From the human T2T-CHM13v2.0 reference genome, Homo sapiens: a stretch of DNA of 64,000 nucleotides. Location: assembly GCF_009914755.1 (NCBI RefSeq), contig NC_060926.1; one strand, given 5' to 3'. Positions 1-13,189 of the stretch are shown here, piece after piece. The notes below the pieces were generated by a model. It searched no databases, was not told the origin of the DNA, and was given only the letters and a program-made list of their open reading frames with translations. The translations under genes and the position numbers were made by a program. Position 1 is the stretch's first letter. The number at the start of each line of letters is the position of its first letter.

Positions 1-869
1 GTCAGAGTGAATAAGTCAGGAAAGCCCTCCCACAGGAAGAATTTTGAGTAAGGATTTGTGAATGAGAAATCCAGAATAAAAAGAGGCAGGTATAGTTCTC
101 TACAGAGAACTACGGCCAGCAGGGGATATTCACATGAGAGCTGGGCATGCAGACCAGGACCAGGAAACATTCTAGGAGAGCCCAAACATAAGGGGAAGTG
201 GGCACATAGTGAAATGGGGCTGGGGGAGTGAGGTGATGGAGAGACGCTGTCCTAAAAGCTCAAGCTGAGGAGACTGGATTGAGTACAAGGGGACATTGGG
301 AGCCAAGTCAGAGATCCATCCCAGCATCTCTGGAGGTCTGTAAGAAGCTGTGGTCTCTCTCTTCTCTCAAGGAGAATTGCAGGAGCTCTGATGCCTCAGA
401 ATTTCCCATGCAGGCAGACCAAGGGGAGAAGGAGAGATGCTTTCTCCAAAGAGCTCAAGAGGAGTCAGGAGAAGGTGGGATTAGCAGCCAGCAGGAAAAG
501 GCATGGACCTCTGGTAAAGCCTTTAGAGATATCTTCCTTTCTCCTGCGGTGGGTGGGGGGAGGTTGTGATGGATATAAAGAGGCCTGATGGAAAGTCTGG
601 ATTTACATCAAGTGTGAGGGGAAGGACTCTGGGAAGGACGGCAGTACAGGAAAGTCAACACGTCACTGGCCTTCATTGTATTGGCCACCCAGGACTGAGT
701 TCCGGCATGAGGCTTGTCCATGTTGTTTTTTGTTTGCCCTATACCCACAGCACAGATGGCCCATGGTGTGGAGGAGGCTCATTTCAAATCCATCATCAGT
801 CATCTAAAGCGCACTAAGGTTCAACAAATGATTTCAAGTCCATCTTCAGTCAACTTCAGTGGACTTTTA

Positions 870-1400
870 AAATTCAACAAATGATTTTTTAATGTCTATC
901 TCAAGCCAGGCACAGGTTTGTTACTGGAAAGCAACACAAGATGTTAACAGAATGGATGTTTCTGTCCTAGAAGAAATGTCTGCATTCTACAAAGAAAAAT
1001 GGCAGCCAGGCACCATGGCTCATGCCTGTAATCCCAACACTTTAGGAGGCAAAGTCAGGAGGATCATTTTAAGGCCAGGAGTTCAAGACCATCCTGGGCA
1101 ACATAGCAAAACCTGACTTCTACAAAAAAAATTTAAAACGTAGCCAGGCATGGTGGCTTGCACCTGTCATCCTAGCTACTCAGGAGGCTAAAGCAGGACG
1201 ATTGCTTAAGCCCAGGAGTTGGAGGTTACCATGAGCTATGATTGCACCACTGCACTCCAGCCTAAAGCTAGGCAACAGAGTGAGACTCTGTCTTTAAAAA
1301 AATAATAATAATTTTTTAAAAAAGGAAAAATGGAAACTAAACAAGTAAACAAACCGGCATAATCATTTAGTTGCTGCTAAATACTCTGAAGAAGATAAAA
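870..1400 (-). mobile_element. L2 LINE 3' fragment, interrupted by an Alu
   Basis: attcaacaaatgatttttt-aatgtctatctcaagccaggcacagg resembles the antisense L2 3' end; boundaries approximate. Confidence 0.5.
1004..1320 (+). mobile_element. Full-length Alu, AluJ-type
   Basis: gccaggcaccatggctcatgcctgtaatcccaacac...gagactctgtct plus A-rich tail; TSD-like aaagaaaaatgg / aaaggaaaaatgg. Confidence 0.95.
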
Positions 1401-1411
1401 TATCCAGGCCA

Positions 1412-1777
<366 letters not shown>

Positions 1778-1901
1778 CTAGGAGGACTGGATGTCAGTGC
1801 TGGGACAAGAATGGCAGCAAGGGGCAGCCCAGGGGAGAGGTAGGGGGAGCGCCCCCCCAGCAGAAGGGAGAAGCACGCTCAATGACCAAATCTGCCGCTG
1901 G

Positions 1902-2445
1902 TGTTTCAGGAAAGGGGTCCTGATCCAGACCCCAAGAAAGGGTTCCTGGATCTCAAGGAAGAAAGAATTCAGGGCAAGTCCATACAGTAAAGGGAAAGCA
2001 AGTTTAAGTAAGTAGAAGAATCAAAGAATGGCTACTCCATACACAGAGCAGCCCTGAAGGCTGCTAGCTGCCATTTTATGGTTATTTATTGATTATATGC
2101 TAAACAGAAGGTGGATTATTCTTGCCTCCCATTTTTAGACCATATAGGGTGACTTCCCGACGTTGCCATGGCATCTGTGAAGTGTCATGATGCTGGTGGG
2201 AGTGTAGCAATGAGGATGACCAGCGGTCACTCTCGTCACCATATTGATTTTAGTGGGTTTTAGCCAGCTCCTTTACTGCAGCCTGTTTTATTTATTTATT
2301 TATGACCCGTATTTTGTGCCGACCTCCTATATATCCTGTGACTTAGAATGCCTAACCCTCTGGCAATGCAGCCCAGTGGGTCTTAGCCTTATTTTACCCA
2401 GTTCCTATTTAAGATGGAGTTGCTGTGGTTCAAATGCCTCTAACA
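1902..2445 (-). mobile_element. ERV1 solo LTR, MER41 (MER41A-type)
   Basis: Reverse complement starts tgttagaggcatttgaaccacagcaactccatctt; TG...CA ends; perfect 4-bp TSD ctgg (1898-1901 / 2446-2449). Confidence 0.9.
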
Positions 2446-2587
2446 CTGGGGCTTATAAAAAGAAAATTAATAAGATATTCAATGTTCAGAGTGAGGGCTG
2501 TGGATAAAATGTCACACCCACAGGCAGAAGAGAGGAAAGAAAAGTAAGCTATTGAATGTTTAAGTGGGACTTAACAGAGGCCAAGAT

Positions 2588-2680
2588 AGAGAGAGAGAGA
2601 GACAAAAAGAAATGGGCAGCGGGAGAGCAGCATGTCTCCTACGTGTGTGTGTCTGTGTGTCTGTGTGTGTGTGTGTGTGC
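2588..2680. repeat. (GA)n and imperfect (TG)n microsatellites
   Basis: Directly visible dinucleotide runs. Confidence 0.9.
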
Positions 2681-3034
2681 ATGCATGCAACTCTCATAGT
2701 TAATTGGCTTGTGCCCATGGAGTCGGTAAGAGTGCGGCCACTAAGCTCACGCCTGAACACTGCTATAGGGGGCTGGGCAGAGGCTGAATCTGTCTCCAGG
2801 AAAGTAATTTACAGGAGTGGAGAGAAAAGCTCTGTGAGCCAGCGCCTGGGGCCTCTCCACTCTCTGGGACAGATCGCTGCCCGTATTTTCAGGGTCTGTC
2901 TTCCCACAAGATGGTCAAAGCCTCAGGCACAGGGCTGTGCTCAGTACGTCTACAACAGCCACATCAAGCAAAAGCACAGATTTTCTTTGCACCCTCAACC
3001 TTTATTATTGTTTCAAGTCAAGGAAATAGGGAGA

Positions 3035-3200
3035 TGGCTGACACTGAACACTGGACTAATTTCCAAGATTTGTGGGTTCCAGGCCTGGCTGTCCCACTAA
3101 CTCCCATATTACTTTCCCTCTGTGGGTTTTACTTTCCCTATATAAAAATTAGGAGACTGGATGCTGATTTCTAAGATTTTCCAGCTCTGATAGCTTCATA
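3035..3200 (+). mobile_element. MIR SINE
   Basis: MIR core and tail-like tataaaaattaggagactggatg...tttctaagattttccagctctga; approximate. Confidence 0.6.
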
Positions 3201-3726
3201 AATATTGGAAGTTCATAATAAGAAGAGATACATGGGAACTCTAAGCAGCTACAGCATAGCAACATCAAAAATCAAATGGACCAGGGAGATGAGATATATT
3301 GGTTCAGAAAGTATCTGGCTGCAAGTAGCAGAAAAAGTAACGAAGAATGGCTTAAGCTAAAAGGGTGTTATTTTCTCTTAGAATAACAACTGAATAGGTA
3401 TAACCTCGAGTCTATGACTCTATGCTAGGTAGGAAGGAAGTGAAGTTTGGTTAGGGGTGATTGGTATTCAGCTAATGCACTTGGCGGATAAGAAAAACAT
3501 GATGACTTCAGAGGCATCTGGCAAGCAAGGGAGAGAGGGCCAAAGAAGACCAGTGTGGTCTGTGCAGGGATTCAGTGGTTACCATATCAGAGGAAAAGTT
3601 TTGGGAGACAAAATCACCTGCAGGTGGCCTTGAGACAGGGTTGCTAAAGTGCAATGAGGAAAAAGAGGAAACCAATCTCATCTGGACTTTGTTCCTTTCT
3701 TAGCATCCCTTAGAGATCACAAACTC

Positions 3727-3872
3727 TTATTTTTATTTTATTTTATTTTATTTTTGGGAGAGATGAGTTCCCGCTATGCTGACCAGGCTGGTCTCCAATT
3801 CCTGGCCTCAAGCAATCCTCCTGCCTCGGCCTCCCAAAGTGCTGGGATTATGGGTGTTCCAAGCCAACCACA
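3727..3872 (-). mobile_element. Free left Alu monomer (FLAM)
   Basis: (ttatt)n tail followed by a single antisense Alu monomer ...cctcggcctcccaaagtgctgggatta. Confidence 0.85.
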
Positions 3873-4469
3873 AACTCAATCATCCCCACTCCACCCTCTT
3901 CTGCCTTTCCCGACAGATACATCTAGAACATTAATAGAAGAGGTAGCAGAGGTGAGAACACATCAGCACAGATACCAATACCAGCCTGCCCTGAGTGGAC
4001 AGTAACCGGCCTGCAAATGGCAAAGCTAGGAAGGAAAGGAGGCTGGTGGCATTGCAAGTCTGTACCTCAAAAGAGGAGGCATTGGGGTGGCAACATTGCC
4101 AATGGGCTAGATAGAAGTAAGAGTGAGAGCCAGAAGAATCTACCCCACTGTCTGCCAGGTATACCACAGAAGCCAAGCAAACTGCTTCTTTCCTGGGGAG
4201 GGTCTCTGTGCTCCAAGAACCATGCTCATCCTAGCAACAGGAAGCTCTTTAGTGCCAGCCTGTTGCAATAGACTTCAATGGCTATTTCTCCTGTTAATGC
4301 CTTTTCTGTTTTGCTCTCTCAAGATCTTAACTGCAACTGCCCCTATTACTCCAACTGAGATTACAATTTTTGAGAAACCTGCAAACAGGACAGCTTTAGA
4401 GTGTACCCCAAATACAAGGACACAGAATCAAATTCCATGAACCCCTATAAATCATGAATCCACTGGAAT

Positions 4470-4575
4470 GGAAGCCCCATGGGGGCTAGACTTTGCTGTT
4501 TGCTCACTGATGATTCTTGAGTGATAAGAACCAGGCCTGGCACATAGTAGGTACCTTCTATGTGTGTTGAATAAG
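4470..4575 (+). mobile_element. L2 3' end
   Basis: cctggcacatagtaggtaccttctatgtgtgttgaata matches the L2 terminus. Confidence 0.7.
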
Positions 4576-5394
4576 AGCAGCTGTGTCAGAGAGCTGCTCC
4601 AGCACTGCACCCAGTAACATCCCTCCCTGCCAGTAATCAATCATCTTGCCAAAGACCAGGTCCTTTGACTCTTCCTTGCCTCTGGTGAAGTTTCTGTGCA
4701 CCTGAGGTTAGGAAGTGAGCTCTCTTCCTCTTCACAGCCTGGCGTCCTAGGTTCCTTGCCTCTCATAGAACTCGTTCCTATTTCTCACGAGGTCTTAACA
4801 CTCAGACACCCAGCTTGCCAGCATTCAAACATGATGCTTTCCTCTGCGGCCTGGAAGACAACCATACTTGCCTTCTCGGGGTCAAAACAGCCTCAGAGCC
4901 TCCCAGAAGCCAGCTCTTGGGTTTCTGTCCCGCCCCCTCCCCTCTGCCACTTGCTAGGAGTTTCCACAAATGCTATGGCCATGACTCATTTGATGAGGCA
5001 CAAAGGGGTCAACAGGTGGAGGGAGCAAAGAGTCCCAGGCTGCCAGAGACTGGACAGCTCAGGAGGAAGCAAAGTCTAGGCAAACAATCACTCTTGTTTC
5101 CCCACTGCCCCACCAGCCCACCCATTCCTCATGGTAACAAAGTGGATCTGAGGTGAAACATCTGTTTTGCTTTGAGCAGATTTCATTTGTCTTTTCTTTT
5201 TCTCCTTTGTTTTAACCTCTCTCTGCCACTAGGAAGCTTGCCAGATCAACCTCACTTAATCTATCTCCTCAGGGACAGTCAGCCTTCTAGAGGGACATTT
5301 TCCAGTTGACAGACTTTAAGGGATGATTTGTCCCTTTTCCTCCCTTGGACTACCATGTATCTGAACTGAGATCAGAGCATTAAACAATGTCTGC

Positions 5395-6020
5395 CCATTT
5401 CATTCACCCAACAGTTTTCTATTGAGAGGGAAGTACAAGCCCAACACTGTGCTAGTTGCTGCAGACACAATGATCAGAAAGACAGACATGGTCCTTTGGA
5501 AGCTTGCACTTGTATTCCAGTGCAGGAGACAGAAAAAGGAGCAAACCAATAAATAAATAAGTCACCACAACTTGTGATACATGCTTAAGAGGTTAATAAC
5601 CAGGGTGTTTGGAAAGCTAATCATGGGGGCAGAGTCACAGAAGGTCATAGAAGATCAAGAACTTCATTTCATGGAGACGACATTTAAATGGAGAGGACGA
5701 CATTTAAACTGAGGATGACAAAGAGATAGCTATGGAAAGAAATGACTGAAGAGGATTTTGAGAAAAAAAAAAGAGTAATGACTATAAGGGACAGAAAAGA
5801 GCTTAATGTTTTGTTATAGAATTCTCAGAATTGTATAACAAAATTTGTATAAAAACTCTACTGACTTAAAACAGAGCTTAGTGAGGCAGAAGATAGTAGC
5901 ACAATGAGATCAGAAAGGAGAACAGAGGCTAGTGTGGCAAACCTTGCAGCCCGGAAGGAAGCTTAGATTTTATTCAAGGTGCGCTGGGAAGAACGTCACT
6001 AAAGAACTCTGAAGAAGGTC
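5395..6020 (-). mobile_element. L2 LINE fragment
   Basis: cattcacccaacagttttctattgag...actgtgctagttgctgcagacacaatgat, antisense L2 3' region; approximate. Confidence 0.7.
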
Positions 6021-9000
6021 ATGGGTTCCCTGAGAGAAATCCCTGGGGGCCTTACTAGAGTGACGCAGACTCACCCCTGCCTCATCCCCCAACTTTTGTC
6101 CTCACCTCCTCCCCCCATGCCCAGTCCCAGCAACCGGGGGGTGGGTGGGCTAAGATCATGTTTAATTATTTCACAGATTCTTCCCTCCTCTGATAGGGGC
6201 CATGAAAAGACATACAGTTCAAATCAGTCCATTTGGCAACCTCTGAGCAACTGGAAATTTTGGTCAATAGTCAACACTCAGCAAAAATGAGATTTTTGAA
6301 TTATTGGAAGTTTCAATGATCCAGCCTCTACCTGTCTCCCATGACTGTGAATAATCCCAAATTTGTTATAGGACAGCACAGGCTTTCTTCAGCCAGAGGA
6401 TGTTAGCCAGATATTTCTACTCTGGATGGCTACAAAAAATGATATCTAATAACTGCCCAGACTTCTTGTGGTTGGAGACTCATGATACACCCAGATGTGC
6501 AGAGAAATTGTGCTTCTTTAAATTTTTATAATGGATATGACACTCCCCAGATCAGTGCTTTTAGATAAAATGTTCAATGAATTCTCAGACTTCATTGCTC
6601 TCCCACCCTTTCTTTTCCCAATATGGTTTCTGGGCATAGGGGAATGGCTTCTTGTGTCCTAAAAGCAGTGAGGAGAGAAGAGGCCCTTGCATCCACAGGT
6701 GCCCTCTGGATTCTTGGTGATCAATGCTGTAGAGTGGGACCATTTAGGAAGATGGTTCTATACTGGCCAATCTCTTGACATTGGCTATGGAGGGCCTTGG
6801 ATGACGCAACTCAATTGTCTAATTTCTCTTTTGGTTTGGCCGCAGCCCAGTAGCCCTAGCTGGTGGACCTGGCCCACCTTGGCTCCTGCTTTCATTATGG
6901 ATGGTGCTGAGAGCTGGCTGGGACTTCCTGTGGTTCTAGTCCAGGTGAACCATTCCATACCTACAAGGCCTCTGTAGCCCTGCTCCAGAAACCCAGTCCC
7001 ACTGCCCTCAGTGAGCTCATTTTTAGCATCTCAACTAGCTTCCCATCCCCAAGTCTAAATCTCGTCCATACCTCCCAGGACCCAGGACAGCTTGAGAGAA
7101 CAAATCCTTTGTTCTTTCTCTTCCAAATAATGGGGACTCAATCAATTTTACTTTGATGTGGCCACTGCCAGGTTGGTGCTTTCCAGGTGAGCCTCTCCAA
7201 GAGGTGGGGAGATGTTTCCTAGTCTTCAAATTTTATTAAATCTAGATATTTTGGATCTTTCTTAAGTGATTGCTCTCACCTGTCATTCCATGTCCTACTC
7301 ATCATCTTCCTTTTCCTTTTCCCCTTTCCTCATTTCTTTTCCCACAACCCCTTGAAGAACAAGCCTGGGTGGCCAGCCTTTGGGCTGGTAATTTTTCTAT
7401 GTAATACATTCCTTCTTCCCGAGTTATCCATCTTAGTGATAATACAAGACTGTATATTTATGTTCCTCCCCTTTTTGTCATAATCTGTGGCATAATTCTG
7501 AATAATTAATGGAATCTAAAAGGAGCATCTACTTGATCTTGATCTTTGAAGCATTTTCTTTTAGGTGGCAACATATAACCTCTATTCTTTCTCTCTAGAT
7601 CCAAATACACTATCAGGTTTGGAGTAAATAGAACTTTGCAAATACTGTTTATTGGTTTTCAATATTCATATAAATGTTCAAAAAGTTAAAAAGACCTTAT
7701 GGTTACAAAATGGCATGTAAATATTATAAACTTGTAAATTTCAAAAGGATGGGATGCTTGACGAATACTGGAAGGTGAGTGGGTCAGAGAAAAGAATGAG
7801 GGAAGTGATTGGACACTGACTTTATTCAGAAATAATGGAAAAACAAAAATATTTTCTAAATTTTTCAGTGTATAGTGCTTTTAATATATTATTTAATGTA
7901 ATAAACACATTTAATGGAGGGAATACTGGTAATAGGATAAATTTCTCAACTATAATACTATCAAAAGATGTGATTGAAGTATTAAAAGATGCTATTAAAC
8001 AATTTTTAATGGAGGTAAAAACATGATATTTACATTTTTGGAGACAACCAACAGAAGGTCTAAAACTAGAAATCACTCTATGTTTTCCTCTGAGGAGTGA
8101 GGCTGTACAAAGAGAATCATTTTACTTTTCACTTTATACATTTCTAAGCAAGGATTTATTTCCCCATGAGAAAGCCCTTGTGGGGAAGGCCATATTTGAC
8201 ATGGGTGTCAAGGACTGAAGAGTGTTTCATAGGAGACAGGAGGTGGGGTTTGGGAGGTGGTGCAGGGAGGAAGCCTCAGACACAACAGTCCAGTTTTGAA
8301 GACTGCCTGCATAGTGGTGGCAGGAGCAGGGAGGAAACAGATTGGGCACAGGAGCTGCCAATCTCAGAACTGATTCTTGGGGCACATTCTGACGAGACAG
8401 ACCCTACAAAGAGGCTCAGCCGGTTAGGCATGGCCCTGCCAAGATGCCCTGTTACCTGGAAATAAGACAGAGCAGTGTGAGAAGGGTGCAGATAGAAATC
8501 AGTATTCAGGTGTAAGACAGCTCTCCATCCCAGCCCCATGATGAGGAAGAACCCGGGCCATGGCTGTGGGTTGGGAGTTGCAGGCAGGGACACCAAGAAA
8601 TCCATCCAAGCAAAATGACCTCAGAGATCAAATGAAACAAATATAAACAAAATTCCAATCTAATAATCTGGATCCCAAAGAGTATAACCTAAGCACTCCA
8701 TGGATCCTCAGCACTCAATCTTAGGTATAGAAAGGAGGAGGAGGAGCAAAGGAAATTTCAGAAAAGACATATCAGAGCTTGGAGGAAAAGACATCAAAGG
8801 CCAAGAAAACAGCAAAAGCAAAGGCACAAAGAAGGGGATAGCACCAAAATGAAGGAGCTGATTAGCAGTGTAAACATGAGTAAAGTCCTAGGAGAACAAA
8901 GACCATTGTGAGAAAAGCTATTAAATCCTAGGGCTCATAAGAATTCTAATTTCTTCTCTACAATAGTACTATTCACCCCCTTTTTTCTTCCTCAAATCCC

Positions 9001-9859
9001 ATAAGGAATAAGGCAGATGCCAAAGGAGACACATCCTGGTGGTGATTCGATGATTATTAATAAAGGGAGGGAGGGGCTATTAGAATAGGGAGGGAAAGAG
9101 CACAATCCGAAGTCTTCCCCAGTTGACTCTGAAGCACTTTCTCCATGCCTATAATCACTGCTCTAAGAGCAGCAATACTATACTCTGCTCACATGACCTC
9201 TGGGCAGTTTACTCTCTCAAGTCTATGTTGGGCATGTTAGGTCCACAGTGGTTGAGATTAGTTGTGTCCTAGCTAAGACCTCTTTGCAAGTTGTTTCACC
9301 ATCAAAATTATGTTTCAACTATTTTCATTCCTCCCTATCTCAAATCTCCTAACCACCCAAAGAAACTCACACAAATCCAAACCACTTTGCACGACTCAAC
9401 ATGCAAATATTTCCATGAACTGAGACAGAGAAAGAGGTAAGTCTATATGTGTTAGCCGCCTTTCTTTCCCTACTGTGCCCAAAGCACTTGTTTTCACTTG
9501 CTCAGTGAGACTCAAAAGACTAGGTGGCCATTCTTTTTCTCTCTGCAGATTAGAAATCTTACTTTTAGCAAGGTTTTGATTCTGTTAAAATTTCATTTCA
9601 AGAAATCATTTAGAAGAACCCTGTGGTTTGTTGTAAAATTTGCTTGCGCAGAAAACTGAAATTTTTGGTTAACTAGTATCAGGAATAGAGAGGTTCAGCT
9701 CTTTAAACACTATCAGTGACACTCAATGATCAGCCCAAACTAGTGGTCTTGTAATGCCTACTTGTTTGTAAACCTGCAAACCTGTGCTGCTGGTTTCGGG
9801 GAGACAAAAAGAAAGAATAAACCGTGGCCTGGCCCCCAGCAAGTTATACACAGGGACTC

Positions 9860-10237
9860 GAGCAAGGATTGTTTTTGTAATTTACTGCAATTGAAACATG
9901 GAAACAACCTGAAAATTCAGCAATAGGGAACAAGTTAAATAAAAATTAAAATATAATTTAAGTATAATTAAATGTATATATAATTTTAAAATACAATTAA
10001 AAGTGTAATCATTATAAGACTGAAATACCTAAAACTATGCTGATAACAAATAATCTCCAAAATATATGGCTCAATAAAAAAGGAAGCTAAGATATAAAAC
10101 AGTAAATATAGTACGCTACCACTTGTGCACAAGAGAACTTATATTCGTTCCCTCATCCTCACCCCCACACACTCTCTGTGTCTCTATGTCTCTGTACATA
10201 TTTATGTTGTCACAGAATAGCCCTGGAAGGATTCTCA

Positions 10238-10240
<3 letters not shown>
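9860..10240 (+). mobile_element. Old L1 (L1ME-type) 3' fragment
   Basis: catggaaacaacctgaaaattcagcaatagggaacaagttaaataaa resembles the L1M ORF2 end / 3'UTR. Confidence 0.6.

Positions 10241-10280
<40 letters not shown>
10241..10280. repeat. (CA)20 microsatellite
   Basis: Perfect CA run. Confidence 0.97.
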
Positions 10281-10282
<2 letters not shown>

Positions 10283-10368
10283 ATTGGTTATCTCATTCAA
10301 TAACTTTCAGAGTTTTAATTAATTAAATAGAAAATACATTCCCATGGTTCAAAAATCAAAAGGAATGG

Positions 10369-10452
10369 AATATATATATATATGTATATATATATGTATA
10401 TATGTGTGTATATATATATGTATATACATATATATATATACATATATATATA
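10369..10452. repeat. (TA)n / (TATG)n compound microsatellite
   Basis: Directly visible. Confidence 0.95.
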
Positions 10453-10558
10453 TAAACATCTCCATCTCCTGTTCATAGCTTCCAACCAGCATCCCTCCAA
10501 GGAGGCAACCAATGTGACCAGTTTCTTGTGTATCCTTCTAGAGATATTTGATTCATTT

Positions 10559-10561
<3 letters not shown>

Positions 10562-10600
<39 letters not shown>
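10562..10600. repeat. (TG)n microsatellite
   Basis: Perfect TG run abutting the THE1 LTR. Confidence 0.97.
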
Positions 10601-10601
<1 letters not shown>

Positions 10602-10979
10602 TGATATGGTTTGGCTGTGTCCCACCTAAATCTCATCTTGAATTGTAGTTCCCATAATCCCCATGTGTCATGGAAAGGACCAGGTGAGAGGTAATTGAAT
10701 CATGGGGGCGGTTACCCTCCTGCTGTTCTCATGATAGTGAGTGAGTTCTCACATAATTGGATGGTTTCATAAGGGGCTTCTCCACCTCCTTTGCTCTCAT
10801 TCTTCTTCTTCCTGCTGCCATGTGAAGAAGGACATGTTTGCCTCCCCTTCCACCATGATTGTAAGTTTCCTGAGGCCTCCCAAGCCCTATGGAATTGTGT
10901 ATCAATTAAACCTCCTTCCTTTATAAATTACACAGTCTAGGGTATGTCTTTATTAGCAGCATGAGAACAAACTAATACA
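10602..10979 (+). mobile_element. MaLR solo LTR, THE1 (C/D-like)
   Basis: tgatatggtttggctgtgtccc...ttagcagcatgagaacaaactaataca, canonical THE1 termini. Confidence 0.93.
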
Positions 10980-12260
10980 ATACTTTTTGTACCTTTTTTA
11001 AACCATGGGCATGTGTTGACTCTGTTATTTATTTATTCTTTCTATTAAAGTCTAGATAATTTTAAAATGACCCATGGGAAGCAGACATGCAGAGAACAAT
11101 GGCATGTTAGAAGACCTTGAGGAACTCAGATGCTTTCGTGAGTTGAAGCACCAGGAAAGGCCCCAGAGAGAAGATAAGGTAGACCTTATCACACCTTATC
11201 AAGTGTGTCTATGCAGAGCAAGACCTGGCAAGAGTGTCTATGCAGAGAAAAACCTGGAGATCAAGCTGCTCAATAGAAGAAGTGTCTAAGATGAACTAAG
11301 AATCTGGCATTTGAGTGCTAGGTATTTAAGACCAGACACAGCTTTCAGTGTCATTTCTGTGAGGGAAAGACCCTAGATTCAAGGCGAGGCCCAGTCAGCA
11401 CCTTTAGATAATCCTTCACCTGGGCAAACCGAGATAGAGGGGGAGAGTGTGGTTAGCATTAATGCTCAGGACTAAACTGTTTATGAAGCTATGTAACCAA
11501 ATCCCACAATTTTCAGAATTACCGTTGTTGGTTTGGGATTTTATAAGAGTTCCAACCCTTTTTATGACTTTTTCTCCAGCCTCTTTCTTATTCTCCTTTT
11601 GCTTTTGGTTTCACAGCATACTTTGGCCTGCTCCCCTTCTCTTTGATTTGAGCCAATTCATTGTTTCTCAGGAGAAACTGACTAAGAAGCAATTGCTCTT
11701 TGGACACAAATTATTTTCATGGGGTGGTCTCACTTAATATCAAGTTCTCTCCAGCTTCTAAAGGAAAGAGAGAAATACCACTCAGGTCCCCACTTTGAGT
11801 GAGACCAGGAAGAGAGTCAGAGTTCTGAGAAACTTCAGAAATCCATGCTGTCTCAGAATGGAGGACCATGATCCACCTTCCAGGCCCTCATAGGTCATTC
11901 CCAGTCCAGAGATGTCAGGAGCATCTGCCTTCCATGGTGAGGAAGGGATCCCTTTGATTCCTTTATGTCAGGCCACATGTAAGGAAGAGGGGAGTCACTA
12001 TCTATTTTAGTGCCAAATATCTGGCAGCAGTTGGATCAGGGTTAACCCTTCTCTTCCAGTACAGACATAGCTATTCCCTGAGCCTGCTGCAGTGTCCAAA
12101 CCACCCCCAACCCTCATTCCATTGGAAGAAAACACTGAAGACCAGCAACAACCAGTTACATGACCGGCAATTCTTGTAAAGAAAAGTCACAAAGCCATCA
12201 TCAGACATTTGCAACTGAACTTCTAGAAAGCAAACTCACCCTTTGAGCCAAACTCAAACT

Positions 12261-12355
12261 TATATTTAAGTTCCAGCACTCACATCTAATGGACTGACAT
12301 CTTGGCTTTGTCAAGATGTCAGTCCATTAGATGTGAGGGCTGAAACTCAAATATA
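12261..12355. repeat. Inverted repeat: 44-bp stem (26-bp perfect core), 7-nt loop
   Basis: 12279-12304 ctcacatctaatggactgacatcttg is the exact reverse complement of 12312-12337; stem extends to 12261/12355 with 3 mismatches. Confidence 0.97.
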
Positions 12356-12699
12356 GGGGGAGGTGGTGACAAGATGTGAGAGAGACATTAGAGCAGACCT
12401 ATAGAGAAGAGCCACAAACTGAACTGGAACAGACCTCAGGAATTACCTAGCTCAACCCCATGATTTTACATTCAAGGAAACTGATTCCCAGGACTACCAA
12501 TGTAATTGCAAAGCTAATTACTGATGGGAACAGGTAAATTCACTTTCGTACCAGGGCTTATTCCATGGGATTGATTCATGGAAGCATGCCACTTAAGAAC
12601 TGAAGTGTGCAGGAATGAAGGTCTGAGATAAGAGTCAAGAATTTCAGAAGAATTGAAGGTACTTACACCTGTTACAAAAGATAAGGCAAAAAAGTCAGG

Positions 12700-13189
12700 T
12701 GTTCCAGTTATTGGTGTGTGACACACCACTCCAAAACTTAGCAGCTTTAAAATAAGAACAACATTTCTTTTGCTTGTGCATCTGAAATGTGCACAGATCT
12801 CTGTGGGGACAGGCCTTTTCTTCTTCACTCAGCATCAGCTGGGGCAGCTGAAAGGCTGGGATCACCTGAAGACTTGTTCACTTGCATGTCTAGCTGTTGA
12901 TGCTGGAACACAAGATGGAGCTGTGGCCGGAGCCCTGCATGTGTCATCTTCTTGTGCTACTTGGAACATGGTGTCTGGGTTCCCAGTGGGGTGTCCTGAG
13001 AGAAAGGCAGGCACAAGCCAAATAGTTTTTACGACCTAGCCCTGAAAGTCACACAGCATAACATATGCCACATTTTATGTGTCACGGCAGTCACAAAGCC
13101 TGGCCCATCTTCAAGGGGAGGGAAATTAGGCTCCAACTTTTGATGGAGGAATGCCAAATAATTTGCAGGCGCATTATAAAACCACTACA
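12700..13189 (-). mobile_element. MaLR LTR, MLT1 (H-like)
   Basis: caccactccaaaacttagcagctttaaa...ttcaaggggagggaaattaggctccaacttttgatggagg...accactaca. Confidence 0.8.

Noticed and set aside
781-887. 15-bp direct repeat flanking a short inverted motif, as a possible mini-insertion with TSD
   Set aside because: Better explained as an old diverged ~50-bp tandem duplication at an L2 tail
2564-3100. 178-aa ORF
   Set aside because: Non-ATG start, runs through GA/TG microsatellites and ends in a MIR; no domain
5673-5712. gacgacatttaaa duplication (similar cases at 45660-45712 and 63726-63760)
   Set aside because: Ordinary short slippage duplications
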